A DNA stretch of 64,000 nucleotides from Sphyrna mokarran (Eukaryota): the NCBI GenBank assembly GCA_024679065.1, contig JAGIQG010000043.1, positions 1,984,001-2,048,000 of the forward strand, in the 5' to 3' direction. The notes beneath the pieces are model-generated. The model did not search any database. It worked only from the letters and a program-made list of their open reading frames with translations, and was not told the origin of the DNA. Each line of letters begins with the position of its first letter. The first letter of the stretch is position 1. Shown in pieces: positions 61,838 to 64,000 of the stretch. The position numbers and the translations under genes are program-made.

Positions 61838-63930
61838 AAAGAACAAAGAACAATGAACAAAGCAAAAAACAGCACGGGAAACAGGCCCTTCGGCCTAACG
61901 AGCCCATGCCGCCACCCCGATGTTCCCATCTCTACCCGCGATCCCTGTCCATGTTTATAGATCTATGGAATGAAAATCAAATTTGAGACAATTTAGGGAG
62001 AATTTGTTTTGCCAATTAGCCTAAGAGAGCACATCATTGGGATGTGGGAGGAAACCGGAGCACCCAGAGAAAACCCACGCAAACACGGGGAGAATGTTCA
62101 AATTCCCACAGAAACAGGCCCAAATCCATGTATCTGCACAGCACAGCGATAGTCACTAAGCTGTCATGTTGCCCATCAAGCGTACACTAACGACGTGAAG
62201 CACGAAGATACTGTCGAAAAAAATCCTAGGGCAGCCCTCTCATGACCGGTCGTGTGTATGCCCCTTGTTAGACAACAAGGTGGACCAAAGCACCTCTAGG
62301 GTAAAAACAAGTACATCAATATCATTATCTATTTACACACTTCCCAGGGAGTCCCACGACTCATGATCCCCATTTTAAATCAGTTTTCTATACCCCTCCA
62401 TTCCCATTCTGTTCATGTGCCCATCGAAGTATTTCATAAATAACTCCAGAGTACCTGCCTCCACCACTTTACTTGGCAGCGCATTCCATACCCCCACCAC
62501 CCTCTATGTGAAAAAACTCTCCCTAGCATCCAAATTATACCTTACCCCCCTCACCCTTAGCCCGTGACCCCTCGGGCTATTCGAGTCCATCTTAGGAAAA
62601 AACTTAACCCTGTTTACTCTATCTATAATCTTGTAAACCTCTATTAGATCTCCTCTAAGTCTACGTCTTTCCAAGGAAAACTGTCCCGATTTGCCTAACC
62701 TCTCCTCGTAACTCAGACCTTCCATACCAGGCAGCATCCTGGTAAACCTCTCCTGCACTCTCTCCAGAGTCGCGACGTCCTTCCGGTAGTAGGGTGACCA
62801 GAACTGGACGCAGTATTTCAAATCAGGTCTAACCAACGTTTTATACAACTGCAACATTAAAGGCCAGCTCTTGTACTCTATACCCCTTCCTATAAAGGCT
62901 AACATACTATATGCTTTCTTCACAACCTTCTCCACTTGCTCTGCCACATTCAGAGTCTTGTTCTCCTGCACCCCCAGGTCCCACTGCGTTTCTATTCTTT
63001 TAATAGGTCTACTCTTTATCATATACCTCCCCCCTACATTCTTTCTCCCGAAATGCATCACCTCACATTTATCAGGATTGAATTCCATCTGCCATCTGTC
63101 TGCCCAAGCTACCAGCCTATCTATGTCCTGTTGCATCGCTTGACAATGCTGCTCACTATCCGCAAGTCCAGCCATCTTTGTATCGTCGGCAAACTTGCTG
63201 ATCACTCCACTTATCCCTCTTCCAAGTCATTTATATATATTACAAACAGAAGAGGTCCCAGTACCAAGCCCTGCGGCACACCACTGGTGACCAAAATCCA
63301 GCTAGACAAACACCCTTCCACTATTACTGTCTGTATCCTATGACTAAGCCAATTACTTATCCATCTAGCTACCTGTCCTTGTATCCCATGAGCCTCGACC
63401 TTCTCAACTAACGTCCCATGAGTGACTTTGTCAAACGCCTTACTAAAATCCATATAGACGACATCAACGGCTCGCCCTTCGTCGACCGTTTTCGTCACGT
63501 CCTCAAAAAATTCTACCAGATTTGTAAGGCACGACCTACCCTTAACAAATCCATGCTATGTATCCCTAATCAGATCGCAACGCTCTAATGCCTATACATC
63601 CTATCTCTAAGAATCTCCTCCAACTGCTTCCCTACCACTAACGTCAAACTCACCAGCCTATAATTTCCAGGGTTATCCCTACAACCCTTTTTAAACAACG
63701 GTACAAATTTAGCTATTCTCCAGTCCTCTGGGACCTCACCTGTGTCCAAGGAAGAGACAAAGATTTGCGTTAGAAGCCCAACAATTTCACCTCGCACTAC
63801 CCTAAGCAGCCTGGGATAAATGCCATCATGCCCCGGAGATTTATCAGTTTTAATGCTACCTGGAAGCTCTAACACTTCCTCCCTCCATATGGATATTTCC
63901 CTCAACTGGTCCACGAACCCCCTCACGTAA
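61838..63930 (-). mobile_element. CR1 LINE (RT with stop codons) with a V-SINE-core-containing 3' UTR
   Basis: ORFs 63585-63926, 63211-63498 and 62504-63205 are consecutive parts of ORF2. Confidence 0.92.
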
Positions 63931-64000
63931 TGTCAGCTGTTCCTTCCTCTCTTATCCAGAACTCACGGGATGATATGAATGCCCCCAGAAACTTGCTGGG

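Overview
Eukaryotic genomic DNA, almost certainly from a shark or other elasmobranch, judged by abundant HE1/V-SINE-like elements and CR1 LINEs. Repeats dominate the window, but it contains a cluster of non-rearranging, antigen-receptor-like Ig-superfamily genes with the layout leader / single V(J) exon / ~100-nt intron / C1 exon / TM exon. One + strand gene (47483-58522) can be assembled by hand into 8 exons with canonical GT-AG sites and matching phases. It gives an intact 341-aa protein with an uncharged TM and a cytoplasmic ITIM-like YASL motif (inhibitory type). Three divergently oriented - strand paralogues (about 3.2-6.9, 17.4-19.0 and 33.2-38.8 kb) belong to a second subfamily. Copy 1 has a germline-joined J-like FGNG motif, and both recognisable TM exons have a membrane-proximal Cys, a TM Arg and a short tail (activating type). 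Each copy carries its own lesion: a 1-nt deletion, an 8-nt duplication plus loss of the TM exon, or deletion of V. All three share a RUNX-ETS-FOX promoter module. No RSSs flank the V exons. The best candidate novel system is a paired activating/inhibitory (or heterodimeric) germline VJ-C1 receptor family undergoing birth-and-death evolution. Gene models were read manually; repeat boundaries and family names are approximate and were not checked against a database.
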